This document shows, in pieces, positions 28,618-38,517 of a stretch of 64,000 nt of DNA. Below the pieces are notes generated by a model. The model was not told the DNA's origin and searched no databases. It saw only the letters and a program-made list of their open reading frames with translations. Source of the stretch: Thermoplasmatota archaeon (GTDB lineage Archaea; Thermoplasmatota; Thermoplasmata; UBA10834); contig JBFMHR010000001.1 in the NCBI GenBank assembly GCA_040751795.1, positions 224,001 through 288,000 on the forward strand, read 5' to 3'. The number at the start of each line of letters is the position of its first letter. Positions within the stretch are counted from its first letter, which is position 1. The position numbers and the translations under genes are program-made.

Positions 28618-29000
28618 ACCCGCATGATCTTCTTCCGGCCCATGGCGACGATGTACATGATGTCCTCGCCCGCCTTGAGCGAGTCCTTGTACTCCTCGGG
28701 TATGGGCAGCTGGAACATCTCGTAGGTCTCGAGGTCCATGAGCTGCACCTCGGCCCCCATGAGGGAGACGACCTGCGCCTGCCTCTTGTCTATCATCGGG
28801 ACCTGGACCTTGTGCTTGACCGGGTAGACGACGGACCTCTTGTTGCCGTCGAATAGCCCCACGGCCTCGATGCGGGCCTTGGCCTCACCGTGCTTCCCTG
28901 GCTTGGAGGTCGAGATGCTCAGGATCTTGCAGGGCTCCTCCTCGATGTTCATGTACCGGCCCTCTTTCAGGGTCCTGACCTCTGCCTGCTCCCATGCCAT
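28614..29000 (-). CDS. eif5a: Archaeal translation factor aIF-5A
   Basis: Hypusination loop SKPGKHGEAK; QLMDLETYE. Confidence 0.97.
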   Translation of the reverse strand: MAWEQAEVRTLKEGRYMNIEEEPCKILSISTSKPGKHGEAKARIEAVGLFDGNKRSVVYPVKHKVQVPMIDKRQAQVVSLMGAEVQLMDLETYEMFQLPIPEEYKDSLKAGEDIMYIVAMGRKKIMRV

Positions 29001-29052
29001 GGAAAACCACTTCTGGACTCCGTAATCTCTGGGTATTTAAAATACTTATCCG

Positions 29053-30099
29053 TCAGCGGCGGCGCTTCTTGAGCCTGCCAGGCGCCCTCTTCGGGGGGGA
29101 CGCGTGCTGCTTCCTGATCTCCGCCAGCCTCCTGTCGAGCTGCTCCCTCAGGACGGCGGAGATGTCGTTCTTCGAGTACATGTCGGCCCTGGCGGCGAGG
29201 GATATCTTCGATGCCAGGACGCGAGCTATGGCCCCCCGCTGCCACGCGGGGGCGGTGTGGACGAGCATGTGCTGGAACAGGATGCCGTGCTTCGGCGGCT
29301 TCGCCCCCTTCTTGAGGTGCCTGAACATGGCCTTCTCCGCCCCGAGGAGCTGGACCGTGCTCGAAGGCATCGAGGCGAGCCTCTTCAGGCTCCCGGCCTG
29401 CATGATCAGCCTGGCGCCGACGACCGGGCCTGCGATCGCTGATATGTTGGGCGCCACCTGCGCCATCCTCGAGTCGATGTAGCGCTCGAGCTTCGCCCTC
29501 GCGGAGTACGACTCCCTGAGGGCCGCGGAGAGCACCCTGACGGAGTCGAGGTCGGCCGCCTCCACGTCCGAGCCGATCGAGTCCATCCTCAGGCCGAGGG
29601 CCGACATCACGTCCGCCCTCGAGCCGTGGTCGGCCACCGCCTTCGCGTACGCCTCCCCGGACAGGACGACCTCCAGCTCCGGGAAGTGAAGGCCGTACCA
29701 CTCCCTCAGCCTCTCGGACAGGATGTTGTCCGTGAACACTATGTCGTCGTAGGCCCTCACGGCCTGGCCGAGGTGGACGTCCGGGCCGATGCTGCGCCTG
29801 ACGGACTCCTTCGCCAATATTATCGTGGCTTCCCTATACATGTCCAGCGAGAAGCCGTACTCCTCCGGCCTGATGAACGACGAGTCGAACCTGACCCTCT
29901 TGCCGAACTCGGAGAGCCTCCGGTCGGTGACCTGCTTAGCGGACGGTGCGAGGGACGCCTCCTCCTCGAGGACCTCGCCCCTGGCCACCCTCCCGAGCCT
30001 GTCGGCGACGGCGGCGGCGTCCTTCGGGAAGAGGGCCGCCCTCCTGACCTTGCCCTCTTCGCAGAGGAAGCTGCCGAACCACTTGGTGACCAGTATCAT
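29053..30099 (-). CDS. nop5: Nop5/Nop56/58 box C/D RNP protein
   Basis: LREWYGLHFPEL, APNISAIAGPVVGARL, STVQLLGAEKA, PPKHGILFQH, AARAD. Confidence 0.93.
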   Translation of the reverse strand: MILVTKWFGSFLCEEGKVRRAALFPKDAAAVADRLGRVARGEVLEEEASLAPSAKQVTDRRLSEFGKRVRFDSSFIRPEEYGFSLDMYREATIILAKESVRRSIGPDVHLGQAVRAYDDIVFTDNILSERLREWYGLHFPELEVVLSGEAYAKAVADHGSRADVMSALGLRMDSIGSDVEAADLDSVRVLSAALRESYSARAKLERYIDSRMAQVAPNISAIAGPVVGARLIMQAGSLKRLASMPSSTVQLLGAEKAMFRHLKKGAKPPKHGILFQHMLVHTAPAWQRGAIARVLASKISLAARADMYSKNDISAVLREQLDRRLAEIRKQHASPPKRAPGRLKKRRR

Positions 30100-30145
30100 C
30101 GGTGCCTGTATCCGGCGGATGGGTAAAAAGCCTACCGAGTGACGG

Positions 30146-31147
30146 TCAGCGCGGACCGAGCGCACCCATGACATCGCCCGGCTTGAGGACCCCCTTCTCC
30201 GTGACGAAGCCCGTGACGTACTTGGAGGGGGTGACGTCGAAGGCGGGGTTCAGGGCCCTGCTCCCCTTCGGGGCGACCCTCCTGTCCCCGACGAGCAGCA
30301 CCTCGTCCTGGGAGCGCTCCTCTATCGCTATGCCGGAGCCGGACCCGAGGGAGAAGTCGAACGTGCTCACCGGGGCCGCGACATAGAAGGGGATCCCGTT
30401 CTCCTTGGCGAGGACCGCCTTCTCGTACGTGCCTATCTTGTTGGCGAAGTCCCCGTTGAAGGAGATCCTGTCCGCGCCCACCATGACCAGGTCCACCAGC
30501 CCCCTGGCCATGTAGTGCCCCGCGGCGTTGTCCGCGATTATCGCGTGGTCGATGCCCTCGTTCAGCAACTCCCATGCGGTGAGCTTCGCCCCCTGCAGCC
30601 TGGGCCTGGTCTCGTCCACGTAGACGAAGAACCTCCTTCCCGCCCTGTGGGCGACCCTCATCGGCGCCAGGGCGGTGCCGAAGTCGACCGTGGCGAGGGC
30701 CCCCGCGTTGCAGTGCGTGAGGAGCCTGGAGCCGTCCTTGATCAGCGGCGCCCCGTGCTCGCCGATGGACTTGCACTTCGACACTATCTCCTCGGCGTAC
30801 GCGTCGGCGGCCTTGACGAGGTCCCCGCCCCTCCTCGAGAGCATGAGGTCCACCGCGTAGAACAGGTCGTGGGCGGTCGGCCGGGTGGCCTTGATGGCCG
30901 CGGCGGCCTTGTCGAGGTCCTCTCCGGCGGCCCATGCCAGCGCCATGCCGTACGCGGCCGCCGCGCCGATGGTGGGGGCGCCCCGGACGGTCATGTCCGA
31001 GATGGCGGCGGCCATCTCGATGTAGGTCCTGATGGCCACGGTCTTGAAACTGCCGGGCAGCAGCCTCTGGTCTATCGCCCTGACGACCGAGCCGTCCATC
31101 CAGACGGCCCTGAGGTCCTCCCGCCCTTGCCTCGTCCTGACCCGCAT
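30146..31147 (-). CDS. mtnA: S-methyl-5-thioribose-1-phosphate isomerase (eIF-2B alpha/beta/delta superfamily)
   Basis: IDQRLLP, VRGAPTIG, RPTA, THCNAGALAT, DETRPRLQG, NKIGTY, NPAFDVTP. Confidence 0.9.
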   Translation of the reverse strand: MRVRTRQGREDLRAVWMDGSVVRAIDQRLLPGSFKTVAIRTYIEMAAAISDMTVRGAPTIGAAAAYGMALAWAAGEDLDKAAAAIKATRPTAHDLFYAVDLMLSRRGGDLVKAADAYAEEIVSKCKSIGEHGAPLIKDGSRLLTHCNAGALATVDFGTALAPMRVAHRAGRRFFVYVDETRPRLQGAKLTAWELLNEGIDHAIIADNAAGHYMARGLVDLVMVGADRISFNGDFANKIGTYEKAVLAKENGIPFYVAAPVSTFDFSLGSGSGIAIEERSQDEVLLVGDRRVAPKGSRALNPAFDVTPSKYVTGFVTEKGVLKPGDVMGALGPR

Positions 31148-31247
31148 CTTCCTCGCCCCGTGTATCCGCATCCATGCATAAAACGATGGACTCCGGCCCC
31201 GCCAAAAGAATATTAAACCAACGCGGCATACATCGGCCGTCGCCAAA

Positions 31248-31320
31248 GGGCCTATGGTCTAGCGGTTATGACGGCGCTCTCACACAGCGCAGATCACCGG
31301 TTCAAATCCGGTTAGGCCCA
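31248..31320 (+). tRNA. tRNA-Val (CAC)
   Basis: Acceptor stem GGGCCTA/TAGGCCC, anticodon arm GCGCT-CTCACAC-AGCGC, T arm ACCGG-TTCAAAT-CCGGT. No intron; CCA not encoded; TATA-like TATTAAA upstream. Confidence 0.97.
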
Positions 31321-31391
31321 CACCCATCTCACACCTCCGTGTGAATGAAAAGAAGGGAAGTGGTTTCAGGGTTTCTGGGGCTGTTGCGACA

Positions 31392-32357
31392 TCACTTGAC
31401 GTAGCTGTGGGCCTGGTTGAGCTTGCCGCCGTGGCCGTTGCCACCGCCGCCGCTCTCGCCACCGTTGCCGTTGCCGCCGTCACCGTCGCCGCCGTTCCCG
31501 TTCCCGCCGCCGTCGCCGCCGTCGCCGCTGCCGCCGCCCGCTCCCTGCGGGATCAGCGGGCCGAGGATGATGTATGCGGCGTCGCCGATGAGGCCGCCCT
31601 CGCCGATCTTGTAGAGCTCGAAGGCCTCATCGCCGTCCATGGCGAGGTCGTCGTACGGGTGGTCCGGGACGAGGTACTCGCCCTCGACCTCGGGGTTGTA
31701 GAGGTGACCTATCGCGTAGTTCACATCGTACCACTCGCCGACGTCGCCGTACCATGCGCCCGCCGCGTCCTGCTTCGCGACCCCGAGCCTTATCTCGGTC
31801 GTGTACTCTCCCTCAGACAGCCCGGTCGTGTCCCAGAGCGTCCCGTATATCAGGTGCCCGGCCTTGTTGACCTCGCGCCCGAACCCCTCGTCGATGACCT
31901 TGGTCGAGGTCAATGGGTCCCAGCCCGCCTCGAGGACTATCGGCGTGACGAGCTCGGCCGACGTGATGGTGACCGAGATGTACGACACGGAGACCATCTT
32001 CGTCAGCGGCAGGACCTCCGCCGAGTTGGCGATTATCGCTGCCTGCTGCGCGAGACCGTCGACATACGTGCCGGGGTACAGGTCCGTCGCGGACACCGTC
32101 AGCTCGCTCGGGTCCGCGTATCCGGTCATGTCGAGGACCATTACCTCGATCCGGACGTAGTTGTCTAGCCTCCACTGCGGCGTGTAGACCATGTTGTCCG
32201 CGAAGAACACTGCGCAGGGGATGGTCTCTGCTCCGTCGGCGGGCGTCGAAATCATAATCGGCGCGCCCTCGTCCTCCTCGGCCGAGATCACCCATGCACA
32301 AGAGGTCAGTACGAACAGCGCGGTCACGGCCATCGCTGATACTCTCTTGTATTCCAT
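31392..32357 (-). CDS. Secreted acidic hypothetical protein with Gly/Asn/Asp-rich C-terminal tail
   Basis: N-terminal signal peptide, GGAG SD, coding-like codon bias; tail GGGSGDGGDGGGNGNGGDGDGGNGNGG. Confidence 0.8.
   Translation of the reverse strand: MEYKRVSAMAVTALFVLTSCAWVISAEEDEGAPIMISTPADGAETIPCAVFFADNMVYTPQWRLDNYVRIEVMVLDMTGYADPSELTVSATDLYPGTYVDGLAQQAAIIANSAEVLPLTKMVSVSYISVTITSAELVTPIVLEAGWDPLTSTKVIDEGFGREVNKAGHLIYGTLWDTTGLSEGEYTTEIRLGVAKQDAAGAWYGDVGEWYDVNYAIGHLYNPEVEGEYLVPDHPYDDLAMDGDEAFELYKIGEGGLIGDAAYIILGPLIPQGAGGGSGDGGDGGGNGNGGDGDGGNGNGGESGGGGNGHGGKLNQAHSYVK
31424..31545 (-). repeat. Low-complexity GGC/AAC/GAC codon repeat (Gly-rich tail)
   Basis: Degenerate (gcc)n/gccgtt run inside the 31392-32357 CDS. 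Confidence 0.7.
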
Positions 32358-32577
32358 CTGTTGTCTCCCCCAATCCTAGTCGAGACTTCCATAGTGCTGA
32401 CTAGTACCCTGGCCGAGCGCTGAACAGGCTTTTTATGGGTCGCATGAAACTGGTTGCACTCGGCGGTTACCGTCGCCGGCCATGCGGGGGCCATCGCCCT
32501 GCGCCTGACTTTTCACTGTGAACCGTCGGGGAGGGGCCGGGGGCCGAGCGGCACGGAAGACGGCACTGACCGGGGCG

Positions 32578-33597
32578 TCACTGCCCCTTCACGAGGTGGC
32601 AGGCGACGGAATGCCCCGGCCCGACGAAGACCATCTTCGGCTCCTTGCCCCTGCAATCGGGGACCGCGAGGGGGCACCTCGGGTGGAACCTGCACCCCTT
32701 CGGCGGGTCGGTCGGGCTCGGGACCTCCCCCTCTATCCCCTTCCGGTCCTTCCTCATCCTGGGGTCGGGGATGGGGATCGATGCTATGAGGGCCTGCGTG
32801 TAGGGGTGCCTCGCGTCCTTTAGGAAGACCTCCGCGGGGGCTAGCTCGACTATCCTGCCGAGGTACATGACGGCGATGCGGTCGCTCATGTGCCCCACGA
32901 CCGACAGGTCGTGGGATATGAAGAGGTAGCTCAGGCCGAGCTTCGCCTGCAGCCTCTTGAGGAGGTTGAGGGCCTGCGCCTGAACGCTCACGTCGAGGGC
33001 GGAGGTCGGCTCGTCGAGGACTATGAAGTCCGGGTCGAGGGCGAGGGCCCTCGCGAGGGCGATCCTCTGCCTCTGCCCTCCGCTGAACTCGTGGGGGAGC
33101 CTCGACAGGTGGTCGTGCGACAGGCCGACCTGCTCGATGAGCTCGTGTATCCTCTCCCTCCTCGCGACGTTCGGGTCCCTCGAGCCCTTCGGGGGCCCGT
33201 GGACGGCGAACCCCTCGCCCACTATGCGCTCGACCGTCATCCTCGGGTCGAGGCTCGAGTAGGGGTCCTGGAATACGATCTGCATCTTCTTCCGGATCGA
33301 CCTGAGCTCCGCGGGTGGGAGGGCCCTCACGTCCCTGCCGTTGAACACGATGCGCCCCGCCGTGGGCTCGACGAGCCTGAGCACGGCCCGGCCCACGGTC
33401 GTCTTGCCGCAGCCGCTCTCGCCGACCAGGCCCAGCGTCTCGCCCCTGGTCATGGAGAAGCTGACGCCGTCGACCGCGTGGACGTGGCCCACGACCTTGC
33501 CGAACACCCCCTTCTTCACAGGGAAGTGCTTCACGAGGCCCTGGACGCTGATGAGGGGGGCCTGCGCCCTCGGGGACGGCTCCGCCGCATCGGCCAT
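32578..33597 (-). CDS. Oligopeptide/dipeptide ABC transporter ATP-binding subunit (OppF/DppF)
   Basis: [32 protein letters not shown]-terminal GCRFHPRCP. Confidence 0.95.
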   Translation of the reverse strand: MADAAEPSPRAQAPLISVQGLVKHFPVKKGVFGKVVGHVHAVDGVSFSMTRGETLGLVGESGCGKTTVGRAVLRLVEPTAGRIVFNGRDVRALPPAELRSIRKKMQIVFQDPYSSLDPRMTVERIVGEGFAVHGPPKGSRDPNVARRERIHELIEQVGLSHDHLSRLPHEFSGGQRQRIALARALALDPDFIVLDEPTSALDVSVQAQALNLLKRLQAKLGLSYLFISHDLSVVGHMSDRIAVMYLGRIVELAPAEVFLKDARHPYTQALIASIPIPDPRMRKDRKGIEGEVPSPTDPPKGCRFHPRCPLAVPDCRGKEPKMVFVGPGHSVACHLVKGQ

Positions 33598-33598
33598 C

Positions 33599-34585
33599 TC
33601 AGGCACCTCCCCCTGACCATAGGTGGCAGGACACGAAGTGCCCCGGGGAGACCTCGATCCTCGGAGGCCGCTTCTTGGAGCAGACGTCCATCGCCTTCTC
33701 GCACCTGTCCACGAACGGGCACCCGGGGAACGGGTTCATCAGGTTGGGCACCGTGCCCCTGATGACGGGCAGCTCCGGCTTCTTCTCCCCCAGCTTGGGG
33801 AAGGCGAGGAGCAGGCCGGCCGTGTAGGGGTGCTTCGGGTTCTCGAAGAGCTCGAACGTCTCCGCGTCCTCGACGATCCTCCCGGCGTACATGACGCATA
33901 TCCTGTCGCACGTCTCGGCGACGATGCCGAGGTTGTGGGTGATGAGCATCATCGAGCTCCCAGTCGTGGCGACGAGGGCTTTCAGCAGCTTGAGTATCTG
34001 CCCCTGGATGGTGACGTCAAGGGCGGTCGTCGGCTCGTCCGCGATGAGCAGGGAGGGGTGGCACGAGAGCGCGAGGGCGATCATCACCCTCTGCTTCATG
34101 CCCCCGCTGAGCTCGTGGGGGTACATCCTGATGACGTCCTTCGGGGCGGCTATGCGCACGAGCATCAGCGCCTCGATGACCTTCTTCTCGAGGGCGCGCC
34201 TGTCGTATATCCCCTGGTGGAGCGATATGACCTCCCCGAGCTGGTCGCCTATGGTGAACACGGGGTCGAGGGCCGTGGAGGCGTCCTGGAATATCATTGA
34301 TATCTTGGTGCCCCTCACGGAGCGCATCCTGTCCATGTCCAGGGTCGTCAGCTCGTTCCCCTTGTACCTGATGGAGCCGGAGGTGATCCTGCCGGGGTGA
34401 GGGACCAGCCTGAGGATCGAGTACGCGGTCATGCTCTTGCCGCAGCCCGTCTCGCCGACGATGCCCACGGACTCGTTCTCGTATATGGTGAGGTCGATGC
34501 CGTCGAGGGCCGTGACCGTCCCCTCGCGGAGGAAGAACTGGGTCCTCAGGCCCCTGATCTCCAGCACGGGCTTCTTGCCGTTCAT
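33599..34585 (-). CDS. Oligopeptide/dipeptide ABC transporter ATP-binding subunit (OppD/DppD)
   Basis: [32 protein letters not shown]; real start MNGKKP at 34585. Confidence 0.95.
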   Translation of the reverse strand: MNGKKPVLEIRGLRTQFFLREGTVTALDGIDLTIYENESVGIVGETGCGKSMTAYSILRLVPHPGRITSGSIRYKGNELTTLDMDRMRSVRGTKISMIFQDASTALDPVFTIGDQLGEVISLHQGIYDRRALEKKVIEALMLVRIAAPKDVIRMYPHELSGGMKQRVMIALALSCHPSLLIADEPTTALDVTIQGQILKLLKALVATTGSSMMLITHNLGIVAETCDRICVMYAGRIVEDAETFELFENPKHPYTAGLLLAFPKLGEKKPELPVIRGTVPNLMNPFPGCPFVDRCEKAMDVCSKKRPPRIEVSPGHFVSCHLWSGGGA

Positions 34586-35490
34586 CTCCTCAGCCCCTTC
34601 ATGCGCGGGTCCATGACGTCCCTGAGGCCGTCCCCGAGCAGGTTGAAGCCCAGTATGGTGAAGACCATGGCTATCCCCGGGAATGTGGAGATCCACCAGG
34701 CGCTGCTGAGGTGGAGGAGGCCGCTCTGCAGCATCCACCCCCAGCTGGGGGTCGGGGGCTTCGTCCCGACCCCGAGGAAGGCCAGGCTGCTCTCTATGGT
34801 TATCGCGTCCGCGACCCCTATCGACGCCCACACGATGAGCGGGGCCAGGCAGTTCGGGAGCACGTGCGTGAACATGATCCTCCAGTTCTTCGCGCCCAGG
34901 GCCCTGCTCGCCTCGACGAACTGCCTCTCCCTCATCGAGAGGGCCTGGCCGCGCATCAGCCTCGCGAACCCGGCCCAGTACGATATGGATATGGCCAGGA
35001 TGACGTTGAAGAGGCCCGCGCCCAGCGCCGCGGCGAAGGCGAGGGCGAGCAGGAACGGCGGGAAGGTCCAGAACAGGTCGACCATGCCCGTTATGATATA
35101 GTCGACCTTGCCCCCGAAGTAGCCAGCGGTCAGGCCGAGCGTGATGCCTATGACCATCGAGACCAGCACCGCGAGGGTGGCGACCATGAGCGAGACCCTG
35201 GCGCCCCATATCACCCTGCTCAGGACGTCCCTCCCGTTCTCGTCGGTGCCGAACAGGTGCTCCGAGGACGGCGGCTGGAACAGGTCGGAGGACATCTCGG
35301 TGGGGTCCGCCAGCGGCAGCACGGGCGCGAGGAGGGCTATGGACACCATGAACCCTATGAAGATGAAGCCGAGGACGACCATCACGTTCCTGCTGCCCCT
35401 GACCACGATGTCGAGCGCGGTCTGCTTGGCCCCCCCTGACACCTTCCATGCGAGGAGGCGGTCGTTCAGCCCCTTCCTCGGCCGGATCAT
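34582..35490 (-). CDS. Peptide ABC transporter permease (OppC/DppC)
   Basis: HLFGTDENGRDVLSR, EAA-like motif FVEASRALGA, NLLGDGLRD. Confidence 0.95.
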   Translation of the reverse strand: MIRPRKGLNDRLLAWKVSGGAKQTALDIVVRGSRNVMVVLGFIFIGFMVSIALLAPVLPLADPTEMSSDLFQPPSSEHLFGTDENGRDVLSRVIWGARVSLMVATLAVLVSMVIGITLGLTAGYFGGKVDYIITGMVDLFWTFPPFLLALAFAAALGAGLFNVILAISISYWAGFARLMRGQALSMRERQFVEASRALGAKNWRIMFTHVLPNCLAPLIVWASIGVADAITIESSLAFLGVGTKPPTPSWGWMLQSGLLHLSSAWWISTFPGIAMVFTILGFNLLGDGLRDVMDPRMKGLRR

Positions 35491-36434
35491 CCGAGCCTCA
35501 CCCTCGGGTCGACGTATGCGTAAAGGATGTCAGCCATCAGGTTGCCGGCTATCACGAACATGGCGAGGACGAGGATGCAGCCCCGCACGACGGGGAAATC
35601 GATGTTCTGGATCGACTGGGTTATCAGCATCCCGATGCCGGGCCACGAGAATACCGTCTCGACGACGACTGAGCCGGCCACGAACCAGCCTATGTCCAGC
35701 CCTATGACCGTGATCACAGGCAGTATCGCGTTCTTGACCGCGTGCTTGTAGATGATCTCCTTCTCCGGGAGGCCGCGGGAGCGCAGCTGGGTGATGTAGT
35801 CCTGGCGGATCACCTCGAGCATGCTGGACCGCATCATCCTTGTGGTGAGAGCGGCGTTGCCTATCCCCAGCGTCATGGCGGGGAGGATGATGCTCGCGTA
35901 GCCGCCCGTCGTCCCCCCTAACGGGAGCCATCCGAGGTAGACCGCGAAGAGCCACATGAACAGGATGCCGAGCCAGAACGAGGGCATGGCGTACGCGAGG
36001 AGGGTGAAGACCATCACCCCCCTGTCGCCCAGGGAGTTGTGCCTGAGGGCGGAGAAGATCCCCAGAGGGATCCCCATCGAGTAGGATATGCCCAGCCCTA
36101 TGGCCATGAGCTCCAGCGTCCTCGGGAGCCTCTGGGCGATGAGGTCGCCGACCTCGAGGCCCCTGGTGACGAAGCCGACGGAGGTGCCCATGTCGCCGTG
36201 AACGAGCTGCCACAGGAACAGCCAGTACTGGACGTAGACGGGCTCGTTCAGGCCGTACTTGTCCCTGAGCTCGTCAAGCTCCTCCACCGAGGCGTGCGGG
36301 GGGGCGAGGGCGTTGATGGGGTCTCCCGTCATGTAGAGCATCAGGAAGACGATGAGCGTGGCGAGGATTATGACTGGGATTGCGAGCAGGACCTTCCTTA
36401 TGATGTACGAGATGAGGTCAGCCGTTCCGCCCAC
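35487..36434 (-). CDS. Peptide ABC transporter permease (OppB/DppB)
   Basis: YGLNEPVYVQY, RLPRTLEL, RSSMLEVIRQDY, ETVFSWPGIG, DPRVR. Confidence 0.95.
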   Translation of the reverse strand: MGGTADLISYIIRKVLLAIPVIILATLIVFLMLYMTGDPINALAPPHASVEELDELRDKYGLNEPVYVQYWLFLWQLVHGDMGTSVGFVTRGLEVGDLIAQRLPRTLELMAIGLGISYSMGIPLGIFSALRHNSLGDRGVMVFTLLAYAMPSFWLGILFMWLFAVYLGWLPLGGTTGGYASIILPAMTLGIGNAALTTRMMRSSMLEVIRQDYITQLRSRGLPEKEIIYKHAVKNAILPVITVIGLDIGWFVAGSVVVETVFSWPGIGMLITQSIQNIDFPVVRGCILVLAMFVIAGNLMADILYAYVDPRVRLG

Positions 36435-36549
36435 CCCTCTCCATTCCGTGCAGAGCCATGCGCACCGATTCCCTTGCCCTTCCCCACCTGAGCCCCGATG
36501 CGGGTCTATATGAAATACGCTAAAGGGTTTTTGAGGGTTTTGCGTTACA

Positions 36550-38277
36550 TCACTTGTCGATGTCGACGTCCACTATGTTGATGACCTGCTCCTGCCCGAG
36601 CGGGTTCACCGCCCAGCCAGGCTCTCCCTGGAAGGTCACGTAGTCGTGGACCGCGAAGATCTGGTGCCAGTAGATCAGCGTGCACCATGCGCCCTGGTCC
36701 TGCAGCCTTATCAGCGCAGCGGTCGCGTTGTCCGAGAACTCCTCCTCGGTCTCCGCGTAGGTCCAGTTGGTCACATAGTCGTCGAACACCGTGTCCATGT
36801 ACCAGCCGGTGTTGGACCCTCCGGCGGCCCATGTCCCGAAGTGCCAATCGAGGATCTCCGCCCTCGGCCACGAGTACCAGAACAGGATGGCCTCCTGGTT
36901 GCCCTCCGACGCCTCGTCCCTCAGCTGGGTCTCTGCGTAGGGGGTCAGCGTGACGTGCACGCCTATGTCCTCGAACTGGTCCTGGACGATCTCGCCCATC
37001 TGGATGTCCTCGCCCTTGTTCGTGGTCCAGAGCTCCAGTGACAGCTCGCCGGTGCTGTTCTCCAGCCACCCGTCGTCGTCGGTGTCGGTGAATCCTGCGA
37101 GCTCGAACAGCTCAAGGGCCCTGTCGACGTCGTAGGTGTAGTTGTACTCGGCCGGGACGTTCTGCGACTCGGGGGTCCACGGGGCGAGGCAGTTGACGCC
37201 CTCCTCGCCGATGCCGTGCCATACGGTGTCGAGGATGTACTCCCTGTCGACCGCGTAGCAGAACGCCTTCCTCAGGTTCGGGTCGTCCCATGGGTCCTTC
37301 TGGCAGTTGAACTCCACGTGGTACGTGCCCTGTCCCCGCTCCGTTATGACGGACACCCCGTCCTCGTCCTGGTACTCCGCGACCTTGCTCGGCGGCACCT
37401 GCTGGAGGACATCGATGTCGCCGCTCTCGAAGCCGGCGAACCTCGTGTTCTGGTCCGCGATGATCCTGTAGATGATCTTATCGATCTTCGCGGGCCCCTT
37501 GTTCTCGTACCACGAGAATCCCCAGGTGTAGTTCGGGTTCTTGACCAGCGTTATGTGGTCTCCGGGAACCCACTCGTCGAGCATGTACGGGCCAGTGCCG
37601 ATCACGGTGCCCGTGGCGGTCCCGTAGGTGTCGTAGCCCTCGTCGAGCGCGTCAGGCCATATCATGGACCCGTACAGGTGCGACAGGTTGAACTCCAGGG
37701 CGACGTCCGCCCAGGTCAGGTTCAGGACCATGTTGTAGTCGTCCTTGCACCAGATCCCCGCGTCCGGCCAGCCGGTCTTGTTCTGGCAGCCGTAGACCGC
37801 CCAGAACTCGTACTGCACCCAGCTGTCGTCCTGCGCGTAGTAGTTGATGATGTTCCTGACGGCCTCGGTGTTGAAGGGCGTCCCGTCGTGGAACGTCACG
37901 CCCTGCCTCAGCTCCAGCTCGAAGTACGGGTGGTCGGGGTCGTCCCTGTTCAGCTCCCAGTCCACCGCGAGCCCGTCCGCGTAGTCGCCGTTGAGGTCCC
38001 TCGTGATGAGGGTCTCGTAGATCAGGCCCGGTGGGCCGTACATGGCGCTCGTCTTGGCCGGGTCCATCGCCTGGACGTCCGAGCTCATCGCGATCACGAG
38101 CACCTTCTCGCCTTCCTCTCCGCCGCCTATCAGCCCGAAGGCCCAGGCCCCGGCGACCGCGGCCACGATCAACACGACCACGATCACCACGGCCAACATC
38201 ATCCTGCTCTTAGGACGCGCCGGCGCGGAGGCGGGCTTCGAGATCTCTTCTTGGCTCTCGCTTTCAGAACTTCCCAA
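36550..38277 (-). CDS. Peptide ABC transporter substrate-binding protein (family 5), N-terminally membrane anchored
   Basis: TM segment, LRQGVTFHDGTPF, GTGPYML, LVKNPNY; GGAGG SD before TTG. Confidence 0.93.
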   Translation of the reverse strand: MGSSESESQEEISKPASAPARPKSRMMLAVVIVVVLIVAAVAGAWAFGLIGGGEEGEKVLVIAMSSDVQAMDPAKTSAMYGPPGLIYETLITRDLNGDYADGLAVDWELNRDDPDHPYFELELRQGVTFHDGTPFNTEAVRNIINYYAQDDSWVQYEFWAVYGCQNKTGWPDAGIWCKDDYNMVLNLTWADVALEFNLSHLYGSMIWPDALDEGYDTYGTATGTVIGTGPYMLDEWVPGDHITLVKNPNYTWGFSWYENKGPAKIDKIIYRIIADQNTRFAGFESGDIDVLQQVPPSKVAEYQDEDGVSVITERGQGTYHVEFNCQKDPWDDPNLRKAFCYAVDREYILDTVWHGIGEEGVNCLAPWTPESQNVPAEYNYTYDVDRALELFELAGFTDTDDDGWLENSTGELSLELWTTNKGEDIQMGEIVQDQFEDIGVHVTLTPYAETQLRDEASEGNQEAILFWYSWPRAEILDWHFGTWAAGGSNTGWYMDTVFDDYVTNWTYAETEEEFSDNATAALIRLQDQGAWCTLIYWHQIFAVHDYVTFQGEPGWAVNPLGQEQVINIVDVDIDK

Positions 38278-38517
38278 CTAACATTCCTCCTAGTCTCACA
38301 CTATGTGCGACCTCCGCACAGCCCGGGGCCCGATGAAAAACACACGGAAAACCGGGATGCTTCGGTCCCTCTTACCCCGTACCAAAAATACCTTGTCTGT
38401 ATATATAACAATGTCATCCGCCGAGAGCGCGACAACCGCCGCGCCCCTCAGCGAGCCAGTAGGCCCCTGCTCCACAGAGTAGTACGTTCATGCACATATG
38501 CTTCGCGCGGCCAGCCC

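Noticed and set aside
29033-29045. Palindrome GTATTT-A-AAATAC upstream of aIF5A
   Set aside because: Adequately explained as the AT-rich TATA element itself.
30146-31147. Possible aIF-2B subunit or ribose-1,5-bisphosphate isomerase
   Set aside because: IDQRLLP, VRGAP and THCNAGALAT motifs fit the MtnA subgroup better.
31248-32577. Integrated element at tRNA-Val
   Set aside because: No integrase, no duplicated tRNA 3' end and no mobile genes seen in the window.
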